A DNA stretch of 64,000 nt from Bacillota bacterium. GTDB lineage: Bacteria; Bacillota; Clostridia; Christensenellales; SZUA-584. The stretch covers positions 28,876-92,875 of the forward strand of contig JAEZJG010000021.1 in NCBI GenBank assembly GCA_023415795.1. Direction: 5' to 3'. Of this stretch, positions 9,045 to 17,872 are shown one piece after another. Positions within the stretch are counted from its first letter, which is position 1; each line of letters begins with the position of its first letter. The position numbers were made by a program, and so were the translations under genes. The notes under the pieces were generated by a model, which made no database searches, had not been told where the DNA came from, and worked only from the letters and a program-made list of their open reading frames with translations.

Positions 9045-9105
9045 TAAGACCTTGGAGGCTCTGCCTCCAAACCACCGTTTAAGGGATTCATCCCTTAAGA
9101 ATCCC
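9045..9105. repeat. Double-hairpin intergenic repeat, copy B
   Basis: taagaccttGGAGGCtctGCCTCCaaaccaccgtTTAAGGGAttcaTCCCTTAAgaatccc. Hairpin 2 differs from copy A by paired, compensatory substitutions. Confidence 0.7.
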
Positions 9106-9171
9106 TTAATAATGACTGACACATTTTCAGTCATTAATCTCAAGCTGTATGAACGAAAGATCTTTGGTTAA

Positions 9172-9861
9172 TCAGAAGGCAGTGTAATTGTGAATAACCG
9201 GATCATTTAACACATCCATATTATCTCCATAAATGTGAATGGTTCTTTCATCAAGCCACTCGATCTTGCCACCATAGTCAGCGTAATTTGCAAGGTAAAG
9301 AACGCACTCCTTAACCAGAAACGGCCCCTTATCACGACATAAGACAATGTCCGTGCCGCTCGGAATACGCGTAAATGCATATTCGAGAGCTACATACCGT
9401 GCATCCGGCGACGTGTAATATGAGTATTGTTCAGGAATCAAGCCCAAAAAGGATACTCCGAACAAAATCAACAAAAGCGTAACAGCACCAGTTGTTGTAG
9501 TTAGAACAATAGCCGTGATCTTGCTGCCGCGTTTATAGAATACCCAAAACAACGCAGGTACAAGAAGTATTGCCAGCACCCAATTATAGGGTATCCACAT
9601 AAATAAGCTGGCAACAAGCAGCAGAAACAGCCCCACGATCGGAATTACCCACATCCGCACAAAGAATACGGAAATCAGATATACCACTGCCAGCACGTAA
9701 TAGATAGCAATAACTATCGGCATCCATTGCTCCGCCCACCATAAGCCGCTCCATCTGAATGCCAGCAATGCCCAGCATAGAACTGGAAACAGGATTTGAA
9801 CAAAGTCGGCCGGTACGCGCATCTTTTCTACAGACCGGCCTAAGTCCGTCTCTGATTTCAT
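9172..9861 (-). CDS. Hypothetical polytopic membrane protein with a soluble C-terminal domain
   Basis: Start MKSETDL at 9861, with GGAGGGG 10 nt upstream. Five predicted TM helices followed by YYTSPDARYVALEYAF...IEWLDERTIHIYGDNMDV. From memory this resembles DUF5412-type domains. Visibly lower G+C than neighbouring genes. Confidence 0.55.
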   Translation of the reverse strand: MKSETDLGRSVEKMRVPADFVQILFPVLCWALLAFRWSGLWWAEQWMPIVIAIYYVLAVVYLISVFFVRMWVIPIVGLFLLLVASLFMWIPYNWVLAILLVPALFWVFYKRGSKITAIVLTTTTGAVTLLLILFGVSFLGLIPEQYSYYTSPDARYVALEYAFTRIPSGTDIVLCRDKGPFLVKECVLYLANYADYGGKIEWLDERTIHIYGDNMDVLNDPVIHNYTAF

Positions 9862-9960
9862 GATCCTCATTCCCCTCCATACTGCTTTCGAAATGGACAA
9901 TTTATACCACTGCCCATGTACTACGAAGATGTGGGATGCTGATTCACTCCGCTGATGCTT

Positions 9961-11334
9961 CTACAGTATATACTTCTGCAAATCCATGTCCTTGATCTGG
10001 CTTTGCAGGTGTTCCTTCACATACGCCGCGTCGATGATGACATCAATCATCGGATGGTTGCCGCCCGCGTTAAACGAGATGTCCTCAAGCAGCGACTCGA
10101 TAACGGTGTGCAGCCGCCGTGCGCCAATGTTTTCGGAAGTTTCATTGACCACACGCGCGTATTTGGCGATGGCGTCCAGCGCGTCCTCCTGGAACACCAG
10201 CCGCACATTGTCCGTTTGCAGCAGCGCCTCATACTGCTTGATCAGCGCGTTTTTGGGCTGCGTCAATATCATTTTCAAGTCGTTCTCGGTCAGCGGCTTT
10301 AGCTCCACCTTAATGGGGAAACGCCCCTGAAGCTCAGGAATCAGATCGGATATCTTGGCGACATGGAACGCACCTGCCGCGATGAACAGCATGTAGTCTG
10401 TCTTGACAGGCCCGTACTTGGTTACCACGGTGCTGCCTTCAACAATGGGCAGTATGTCGCGCTGCACGCCCTCGCGTGAGATGTCTGGACCAGCGCCCAT
10501 GTTCTTGCCCGCGATCTTGTCTATTTCATCGAGGAAGATGATGCCGTCCTGCTCGGCACGCTCCACCGCCGTACTGGTCACCTCGTCCATGTCGATCAGC
10601 TTATCGGCTTCCTCCTGCGTGAATATCTTCTTGGCTTCGTCCACCGTCACGCGGCGCTTCTTCGTTTTCTTGGGCAGAATGCCGCCGAATATGTCCCCGA
10701 TGTTGATGTCGTTGCCCATACCCGCAATCTCGATGCCGAGCGGAGCATTGTCCTCCACCTCGATCTCAATCATCATATCGTTCAGCCGACCCGCGCGCAG
10801 CATCGCCAGCGTCTCCTCGCGCTTCGTCATGCGGCGCTGACGCTCCTCCGGCGATTCGGCCGGGGCGCTCTGGCCCTGCCCCAGCAACGCCTGAAACGGA
10901 TTGGACTGCGGCTTTTTGGGCATCGGCTCCAACACGTCCGCCAAGCGCTCCTCAGCCGCATGCTGCGCCTTGCCCATCACCGATTCACGACGGGAAGCCT
11001 TCACCATGCGAATGGACGCCTCCACAAGGTCACGGATCATCGACTCCACATCGCGCCCCACATAGCCCACCTCGGTGAACTTGGTGGCCTCCACCTTAAT
11101 AAACGGCGCGTTCATCAGCTTGGAAATACGCCGTGCGATCTCCGTTTTACCCACGCCCGTGGGGCCCACCATGATGATGTTCTTAGGCGTGATCTCGTCC
11201 TGCATCTCCTGCTCCAGTAAACGACGACGGTAACGGTTGCGCAGCGCGATAGCCACAGCTTTTTTGGCATCCGCCTGCCCGATGATGTATTTATCCAGCT
11301 CTTCGACAATCTGTTTGGGTGTCAGATGAGACAT
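9961..11334 (-). CDS. hslU: ATP-dependent protease ATPase subunit HslU
   Basis: [20 protein letters not shown]..., Walker [24 protein letters not shown]. The ATG at 11334 is 2 nt after the hslV stop. The ORF-track start at 11379 is an upstream extension. Confidence 0.9.
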   Translation of the reverse strand: MSHLTPKQIVEELDKYIIGQADAKKAVAIALRNRYRRRLLEQEMQDEITPKNIIMVGPTGVGKTEIARRISKLMNAPFIKVEATKFTEVGYVGRDVESMIRDLVEASIRMVKASRRESVMGKAQHAAEERLADVLEPMPKKPQSNPFQALLGQGQSAPAESPEERQRRMTKREETLAMLRAGRLNDMMIEIEVEDNAPLGIEIAGMGNDINIGDIFGGILPKKTKKRRVTVDEAKKIFTQEEADKLIDMDEVTSTAVERAEQDGIIFLDEIDKIAGKNMGAGPDISREGVQRDILPIVEGSTVVTKYGPVKTDYMLFIAAGAFHVAKISDLIPELQGRFPIKVELKPLTENDLKMILTQPKNALIKQYEALLQTDNVRLVFQEDALDAIAKYARVVNETSENIGARRLHTVIESLLEDISFNAGGNHPMIDVIIDAAYVKEHLQSQIKDMDLQKYIL

Positions 11335-11336
11335 GC

Positions 11337-11867
11337 TTATACCTCCTCCACCGTGATGCGGTCGTTGGTGAACACGCATATCTGTCCGGCAATGGTGATA
11401 GCCTTGGTGGCAATCTCCTTGGCAGACAGCTCCGTATTTTCCTTGAGCGCCTTTGCCGCGGCCATGGCGTACATGCCGCCGGAACCTATTGCCGCGATGT
11501 CGTCGTCCGGCAGTATCACCTCGCCGCCGCCCGACACCACCAGCAGCTCATCCTTGTCCGCCGCAATCAGCATGGCCTCCAGCTTACGCAGTATCTTGTC
11601 GCTGCGCCATTCCTGCGCCAGCTCCACCGCCGCACGCTGCAAGCTGCCGCTGTATTGCTCCAGCTTCGCCTCAAACCGCTCGCACAGCGTAAAAGCATCT
11701 GCCACCGAACCTGCAAACCCCACGACAACCTTGCCGTTGTACAGCCGCCGCACCTTCTTCGCGTTGTGCTTCATGATCGTATTCTGTCCGAATGTCACCT
11801 GTCCGTCGCCCGCGACAGCGCACTCTCCATTGCGTCGCACTGCGACGATTGTGGTCGCTTCCATCAT
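11337..11867 (-). CDS. hslV: ATP-dependent protease subunit HslV
   Basis: 176 aa. N-terminal ..[11 protein letters not shown] (Thr nucleophile region) and GSGG motif. Immediately upstream of hslU. Confidence 0.9.
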   Translation of the reverse strand: MMEATTIVAVRRNGECAVAGDGQVTFGQNTIMKHNAKKVRRLYNGKVVVGFAGSVADAFTLCERFEAKLEQYSGSLQRAAVELAQEWRSDKILRKLEAMLIAADKDELLVVSGGGEVILPDDDIAAIGSGGMYAMAAAKALKENTELSAKEIATKAITIAGQICVFTNDRITVEEV

Positions 11868-11868
11868 A

Positions 11869-13176
11869 TTAAACTCCTTTGCCGGCAGCCGCGACGCCCC
11901 GCACCTCAGCCAGCGCCCGTTCGGCCACCATACGCTTTCTCTCGCTTTTCGCCCTTGCTTCTATTGTATTGATCAAACCATATGTGATATTCATCGGCTG
12001 AAAGTCTGCACCGGCATAGCCGGACACATAAGCCGACAGCGCACCCATCGCGGTGTTTTGAGAAAACTCCGGACGCGCCTGTCCCAGAACATCACATGCT
12101 GCGCACAGCCCCGCCAGCAATCCGGAAGCCGCGCTCTCCACATACCCTTCCACACCGGTGATCTGCCCCGCGAGATACAACCCCGGACGAGTCTTACACT
12201 CGTAATGCCGGTTGAGCACCCTGGGACCATTCACAAACGCATTCTTATGCATCACGCCGAAGCGGGCATACTCCGCGTGTTCAAGGCCGGGTATCATGCC
12301 GAATACGCGCCGCTGTTCGCCAAACTTCAGATGCGTCTGAAACCCGACGAGGTTGTACATGCGCCCCTCGTTGTCCTCTCTTCGCAGCTGCACGACAGCG
12401 TACGGTTTCGTCCCGTCCGGCATCGTCAGCCCCACCGGCTTCATTGGCCCGTATCGCAGCGTATCCACACCGCGCCGCGCCATCGTCTCCACCGGCATAC
12501 AGCCCTCAAATACTCTATCGTCCTCAAAGCCGTGCAGCTGTGCCGCCTCAGCCTTGATCAATTCCTCCCAAAACGCATGGTACTGCGCCCTGTCCATCGG
12601 ACAGTTGAGATAATCGTCCCCGTTACCCTTACCGTAGCGTGACGCGAAATACGCCTTGCCCATGTCGATGGATTCTGCCGTCACAATGGGCGCTGCCGCG
12701 TCGAAGAACGACAAAAAGCCCTCCGCGATCTCACTGATGTGCTGCGCCAATGCGCCCTCCACCAGCGGTCCCGGAGCTGCTATCGTGATGCCGTCGCCCG
12801 GCAGCGATGTGACTTCGCCGCGCACAACCTCAATGTTCTCATGCTGTTCCAGCGTTTGCGTCACATAACGCGAAAACGCCTCTCTGTCCACCGCCAGCGC
12901 GCCGCCCGCAGGCACGCACGTCGCGTCCGCCGCCTGTATGACAAGTGAGTCAAGCTCGCGCATCTCCTGCTTCAGCAGCCCCACTGCGCTTTCAATGCCC
13001 GCAGCTCGCAGAGAGTTAGAGCACACCAGCTCTGCAAATCCCCCCAGCTTGTGCGCGGGTGAGCGCTTGTCCGGCTTCTGCTCAAAAAGCCGCACGCGTA
13101 CACCGCGGCTCGCCAGCTGCCACGCAGCTTCGCAGCCCGCCAAGCCCGCGCCGATCACCGTTACGCTATTCTTCAC
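11869..13176 (-). CDS. trmFO: Methylenetetrahydrofolate--tRNA-(uracil-5-)-methyltransferase TrmFO
   Basis: 435 aa. [21 protein letters not shown] fold and VCSNSLR. Lies between topA and hslV as in other Bacillota. Confidence 0.9.
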   Translation of the reverse strand: MKNSVTVIGAGLAGCEAAWQLASRGVRVRLFEQKPDKRSPAHKLGGFAELVCSNSLRAAGIESAVGLLKQEMRELDSLVIQAADATCVPAGGALAVDREAFSRYVTQTLEQHENIEVVRGEVTSLPGDGITIAAPGPLVEGALAQHISEIAEGFLSFFDAAAPIVTAESIDMGKAYFASRYGKGNGDDYLNCPMDRAQYHAFWEELIKAEAAQLHGFEDDRVFEGCMPVETMARRGVDTLRYGPMKPVGLTMPDGTKPYAVVQLRREDNEGRMYNLVGFQTHLKFGEQRRVFGMIPGLEHAEYARFGVMHKNAFVNGPRVLNRHYECKTRPGLYLAGQITGVEGYVESAASGLLAGLCAACDVLGQARPEFSQNTAMGALSAYVSGYAGADFQPMNITYGLINTIEARAKSERKRMVAERALAEVRGVAAAGKGV

Positions 13177-15469
13177 TGCCGTCCGCCTTGCGTTTCTGGT
13201 TCTTTACACACTCCGGATTGGAGCATTTCTTAAAGCTGCTGCCGCCCGACAAACGCCGCAGCACCATCATAGAGCCGCAAGCCTCGCACTTCTCGGCAAT
13301 GGGCATATCCCACGACACGTAATCGCATTCCGGATAGCCTTCGCAGCCATAAAATGTCTTTCTCGTCTTGGCAGAGCGCTTCTCCACGATGCGCTTGCCG
13401 CACTTGGGGCACGGTGTGTCGATGTATTTGACCACCGGCTTGGTGTTGCGGCACTCGGGGTATCCCGGACATGCCAGGAAGGGTCCAAATCGACCGTCCT
13501 TGTACACCATCATGCGTCCGCACTTCTCGCACGCCACGTCGGATTCCTTCACGGGCAGCTCAACGCGCTCGATGCTTTTGTCCGCTTCCTCCACCGTCTG
13601 CTCGAATGGCGTATAGAAGTCGCGCAGCAGCTTCTTCCATTCCTTACCGCCGTTCTCGATATCGTCCAACTGGTTTTCCAGCTCTGCTGTAAACTCCACG
13701 TCCACAATGTCCGAGAACTTCTGCTTCATCATGTTGTTGACGATTACACCCAGTTCGGTGGGCTTGAGCGAGCGCCCTTCCTTTTCGATGTAACGCCGCT
13801 CTTGGATTGTAGAAATGATGGGCGCGTACGTGCTGGGGCGGCCGATGCCCTTCTCCTCCAGCGCACGCACCAGCGTCGCCTCGGTATATCGGCCGGGCGG
13901 CTGCGTAAAATTCTGTTTGGGGTTCAGGCTCTTGAGCGGGCATACCTCTCCTTCCGTCAAAGGCGGCAGGAAATTGTCCTTGCTGTCGTCGTCATCGCCG
14001 GTAAAGCTAGCGGTGTAGCCCTTGAACACCATGTGCGAGCCGGTCGCGCGGAATGTACAGTCGCCCGCATCAATATTCACCGCCATCGTCTCAGAGACGG
14101 AGGGCGTCATCTGGCTGGCCACAAAGCGCGCGTATATCAGCTTGTAAAGGCGGTATTGATCCTTAGACAGTGTGTTCTTAAGCGAATCGGGCGTCAGCTC
14201 CATGTGCGACGGACGAATGGCCTCATGCGCATCCTGAGCTTTTTTAGATTTCTTAAAGTAATTGGGCTTCTCAGGCAGATAGTCCGGCCCGTATTGCTGA
14301 ACAATGTGCTCTCGCACGGCGGTCAGAGCCTCGTCAGACACGCGAGTCGAGTCTGTACGGATATACGTCACCAGACCTACCGGTCCGCTCGTGCCGATCT
14401 CCACGCCCTCGTACAGCTGCTGTGCCACCAGCATCGTGCGCTTGGCGGTAAATCCCAGTGCGCCGGAGGCAGCCTGCTGCAGATAGCTAGTGGTGAACGG
14501 CGGCGGTGCGCTCTTTCTCTTCTCGCCCTTCTTGATGGATGAGACAACATAGTCTTTGCCGGCCACCGCATTTATTATTTCGTCGGCCTGCTCTTTGCTG
14601 TGCAGTTCCTGCTTTTCCCCGCCCCGTCCGTAGAACTTAGCCTCAAACTCCTGCGTTCCCGCCGCGTTTTTCAGCGCCGCGGTAATCGTCCAATATTCCT
14701 CCGGCACAAACGCCGTGATCTCGTCTTCCCGGTCGCAGATAATCCGTACCGCGACAGACTGCACACGCCCCGCCGAAAGTCCCTTTTTCACCTTGCGCCA
14801 CAGCAGCGGAGAGAGCTTATAGCCCACCAGCCGATCCAGCACACGCCGTGCCTGCTGCGCATCCACCAGATCAAGGTTTAACTGACGCGGATGGCTGATC
14901 GCGTTGGTCACCGCGTTTTTGGTAATCTCATTAAACTCGATGCGGCTTACCTCGCTAGGCTCCACTCCCAGCATCTGTGCGATGTGCCAAGATATTGCCT
15001 CGCCCTCTCTGTCAGGGTCTGTTGCAAGGTAAATATGACGCGCGCCGCCAGCGCCCGTTTTCATCGCGGAGATAACATCCTTCTTGCCGCGTATCTGAAT
15101 ATATTTGGGTTCAAAGTCATGCTCGACGTCTACGCCCAGCGTGCTCTTAGGCAGATCGCGCACGTGCCCGCCGCTGGCCTGCACCTTATAGCCGCTGCCC
15201 AAGAACTGACTGATCGTCTTAGCCTTTGCGGGAGACTCTACAATCACCAGATCATAAGCTCTTCCCGGCTTCGCAGACGTTTTGCGCTTCGCAGTGCTTT
15301 TCTTTGCTGCCGCTGTGCCGCTGCTCTTCTTTGCCGCCGTGCCGCTTTTCTTAGCCGCGCCAGTGTTCTTTTTTGCTGCTGCCGCGCCGGTGCTTTTCTT
15401 TGCTGTCGTGCCGCTCTTCTTCGCCGCGCCCGACTCATTGCCGGTATTGCTTGCGGTGCTCTTTTGCAT
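13166..15469 (-). CDS. topA: DNA topoisomerase I with an N-terminal Lys/Ala-rich repeat tail
   Basis: TOPRIM start LVIVESPAKAKTI, catalytic region GYVTYIRTDS-like (VTYIRTDSTR), and three C-terminal Cys4 zinc ribbons. The ATG at 15469 follows GGAGAAG. The ORF-track start at 15481 is a TTG. Confidence 0.9.
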   Translation of the reverse strand: MQKSTASNTGNESGAAKKSGTTAKKSTGAAAAKKNTGAAKKSGTAAKKSSGTAAAKKSTAKRKTSAKPGRAYDLVIVESPAKAKTISQFLGSGYKVQASGGHVRDLPKSTLGVDVEHDFEPKYIQIRGKKDVISAMKTGAGGARHIYLATDPDREGEAISWHIAQMLGVEPSEVSRIEFNEITKNAVTNAISHPRQLNLDLVDAQQARRVLDRLVGYKLSPLLWRKVKKGLSAGRVQSVAVRIICDREDEITAFVPEEYWTITAALKNAAGTQEFEAKFYGRGGEKQELHSKEQADEIINAVAGKDYVVSSIKKGEKRKSAPPPFTTSYLQQAASGALGFTAKRTMLVAQQLYEGVEIGTSGPVGLVTYIRTDSTRVSDEALTAVREHIVQQYGPDYLPEKPNYFKKSKKAQDAHEAIRPSHMELTPDSLKNTLSKDQYRLYKLIYARFVASQMTPSVSETMAVNIDAGDCTFRATGSHMVFKGYTASFTGDDDDSKDNFLPPLTEGEVCPLKSLNPKQNFTQPPGRYTEATLVRALEEKGIGRPSTYAPIISTIQERRYIEKEGRSLKPTELGVIVNNMMKQKFSDIVDVEFTAELENQLDDIENGGKEWKKLLRDFYTPFEQTVEEADKSIERVELPVKESDVACEKCGRMMVYKDGRFGPFLACPGYPECRNTKPVVKYIDTPCPKCGKRIVEKRSAKTRKTFYGCEGYPECDYVSWDMPIAEKCEACGSMMVLRRLSGGSSFKKCSNPECVKNQKRKADGSEE

Positions 15470-15892
15470 ACACTTCTCCAATGTCTGTCATAATGCGGGG
15501 CGTCCGGCGAAACCGCCCTTCGCTTTAAATCCGCCATAGCGGTGCGCTTATTGTGCGCCGGAACCTCCGGTTTACCGCTATTTTATGCGGTGCCGTGGCT
15601 TTTGAATACAGCTTATGCCCTGCAAGTGCAAATTATATAGAAGGTGATGGAAAAAATCAAGCATATTTGCCGCACGGTTTATTTCACTGTTAAACGAAAG
15701 GGCAAAACCATGCGTTGTTTTGTGCGCGGTATATATAATAGTAAGAAACCTTACTTGCGTTCATTTTCACGCCTCTTTATGCGCACTGATTATATCCTTT
15801 AACACCGCACTGCCAGACACACATATAAGTCTTCACCCTGCACTATGTCTGCGCGATATTCTACTATTATTGTCACAGTGTGTCGCGCGGCG

Positions 15893-15921
15893 TTGACACT
15901 AACCGGTCGCTGGTGTACTGT
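15893..15921 (+). promoter_or_regulatory. Candidate promoter of the GntR gene (TTGACA-N17-TACTGT)
   Basis: The -35 is a perfect TTGACA at 15893-15898. The -10 is weak, TACTGT at 15916-15921. TGTCAC/TGACAC motifs occur at 15871, 15894 and 15919. Confidence 0.3.
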
Positions 15922-15996
15922 CACTGCGTAGCCTCACACCGTTGCATTCAAACACACCGTCAAAGGATATGATGTCTTTTGTCAGGAGGGCTGCCC

Positions 15997-16773
15997 ATGA
16001 ATACGAAAAACAACATACCCGCTTACCAAAAGGTTTACGAAACGCTCAAATCTGCCATCCGGCAAAGCTACGCTCCGGGAGACTTCCTGCCGCCTGAGCC
16101 GCAGCTGGAGGAGGGCTTTGGTGTCAGCCGCATCACAATACGCCGAGCCGTGCAGCTGCTGGCGGCTGAAGGTCTTGTATCCGTCAGGCAGGGGCGCGGC
16201 ACCATGGTAACAGTCCCTGAAGCCGCTTGTGCCACAAACCCCATTTTATCCACCACTGAGGTGTTGGCGCAGGCGGGCTGCCATGTCAAGACGGTGGACA
16301 CGCACATCGACACGGTAATCCCCGATGCGTCGATACTCGCGCTCCTCTGGCTGCCGGAGGGTACGCCGGTCACGCGGCTGCAGCGCATATTCATCGGCAA
16401 CGGCAGACCGTTCTCTGTCGTGACTAACCACATCAACCCGGCTATCGTTCCCAACCTCGCAAAGCACCAGCACGAGCTCGGCTCGCTTTACCGCCTGCTG
16501 GAGTCGCGCTATGGTCTCACCCTTGATAACGCGACGGACAGCGTCACCGCCGTTGCCGCCGGAATTGAGCAGGCGCGCGCACTCAGCTTGCCCATCGGCT
16601 CACCCCTCATGCACATACGCCGCGTGCTGTATTCGCAAGGCCGTCCGCTGTCGTGCAGCGACATGCTGACCGACGCCTCACGCTGCCGCTTCCGTGTGTA
16701 CCTCTCCGGCCGTTCCGAGGAGCCGGTTATACAAAAAAGCAGCGCTCTGCGTGACGCCGCTTTAGACTGCTGA
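15997..16773 (+). CDS. GntR-family (HutC/UTRA-type) transcriptional regulator
   Basis: N-terminal winged HTH (PPEPQLEEGFGVSRITIRRAVQLLAAEGLVSVRQGRGTMV) and a UTRA-like C-terminal domain. The ATG at 15997 is 6 nt after AGGAGGG. Confidence 0.8.
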   Translation: MNTKNNIPAYQKVYETLKSAIRQSYAPGDFLPPEPQLEEGFGVSRITIRRAVQLLAAEGLVSVRQGRGTMVTVPEAACATNPILSTTEVLAQAGCHVKTVDTHIDTVIPDASILALLWLPEGTPVTRLQRIFIGNGRPFSVVTNHINPAIVPNLAKHQHELGSLYRLLESRYGLTLDNATDSVTAVAAGIEQARALSLPIGSPLMHIRRVLYSQGRPLSCSDMLTDASRCRFRVYLSGRSEEPVIQKSSALRDAALDC

Positions 16774-16794
16774 CAAGGCCAAATAACGATATAT

Positions 16795-17871
16795 CTAAAC
16801 GCCAAAGCGTCCGCCCGGTAAACGACGGCACAGTCCCGACAGCTCCATCATTGTCAGCTGGGCGCTCACCTCGCCCGGTGCACCTTGCACCGCCTCCGCA
16901 ATGTCTTCAATGCTCATGTCCTCACGTTGCAACAGCTCGTAAATGCGCTGCTCGAAAAAGTCCATCGGAGGCAGCTGTGCCGCCGATTCTTTCTTTCCCA
17001 TTGCTTTGGCACCATAAAACGCGCGGATGTCTGCCGCGCCGCGCACGGGATATGCCCCGTTTGCCAGCAGCTCACAGGGCAGCGCCGACGATGCAAGAAA
17101 CGGTGAGCCCGGCATTGCGAATACATCCCGCCCATAGCTGATGGCGAGCGACGCCGTGATGGCCGTGCCGCCCTTGATGTCCGACTCCGCAATCAGCAAG
17201 CCCCGGCACAGCCCCGCGATAATGCGGTTGCGCACCGGAAAGTTGGCGACTGCGGGAATCGTGCCGGGCGGATTTTCCGATATGACCGCTCCGTTTTCAA
17301 TGATTCTGCCATACAACGCATCGTTTTCGGGTGGGTAGATCACATCCGCGCCGCAGCCCAGCACCGCCACAGTGGGGGTGCCCGCGTCCAGCGCACCCAA
17401 ATGCGCCGCCGTATCGATGCCGCGTGCCATGCCGGACACCACAGTCATGCCCAGCTCCGCTGCAATTTTGCGCGTATGCTCGTAGCCGCGCCGCGTACAC
17501 GCCCGCGTTCCCACGATGCCGATGGCGTTGTCCAGCGCAGGCAGTTTGCCGCGTACAAACAGCACGGCCGGCGGCCATGGTATGCCCGCAAGCCTCGCGG
17601 GGTACCCGGCATCCAGCCGTGTCACCACTTGGATATCCTTAGCTGACAGCTCAGCCAGCAGCTCGGACAGCCGCGCAGGGGATGCCGCCGCCTTGGCTGC
17701 TTTCATCAGCTCAATCGGCAAGCCTTCCGCTTCGGTGTGCCCCACCGCCGCCGCATCAAAGAAATCCGCCGCGCTGCCGTAGGTTTTCAGCAGCCGATAG
17801 AAGGTCTTCGCGCCGATGCCGGGAAGCGCCGCCATCCATATCCAGTATTTTTGCTCTTCGGTATATGCCAT
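16795..17871 (-). CDS. dprA: DNA-processing protein DprA
   Basis: 358 aa. Rossmann-like DprA core (GIVGTRACTRRG..., GMARGIDTAAH, AVLGCGADVIYPPEN, FPVRNRIIAGL). Confidence 0.85.
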   Translation of the reverse strand: MAYTEEQKYWIWMAALPGIGAKTFYRLLKTYGSAADFFDAAAVGHTEAEGLPIELMKAAKAAASPARLSELLAELSAKDIQVVTRLDAGYPARLAGIPWPPAVLFVRGKLPALDNAIGIVGTRACTRRGYEHTRKIAAELGMTVVSGMARGIDTAAHLGALDAGTPTVAVLGCGADVIYPPENDALYGRIIENGAVISENPPGTIPAVANFPVRNRIIAGLCRGLLIAESDIKGGTAITASLAISYGRDVFAMPGSPFLASSALPCELLANGAYPVRGAADIRAFYGAKAMGKKESAAQLPPMDFFEQRIYELLQREDMSIEDIAEAVQGAPGEVSAQLTMMELSGLCRRLPGGRFGV

Positions 17872-17872
17872 G

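Noticed and set aside
12938-14542. A 534-aa plus-strand ORF, with many similar long ORFs elsewhere: 11326..12642 +, 4801..5706 -, 26515..27375 -, 40219..41322 +, 43359..44273 -, 48321..49442 + and 49267..50244 +.
   Set aside because: Each lies antisense to, or out of frame with, a gene that has clear family motifs (topA, trmFO, the ackA-like gene, the kinase, hflK, birA, E1beta, E1alpha). Their products are Arg/Ala/His/Pro-rich low-complexity sequences with no recognisable motifs. These are typical shadow ORFs of high-G+C DNA.
15256-15445. A tandemly repetitive DNA stretch that might have been a CRISPR-like or minisatellite array.
   Set aside because: The repeats are degenerate, have no spacers, and are in frame within topA. 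They simply encode the AAKKS low-complexity tail.
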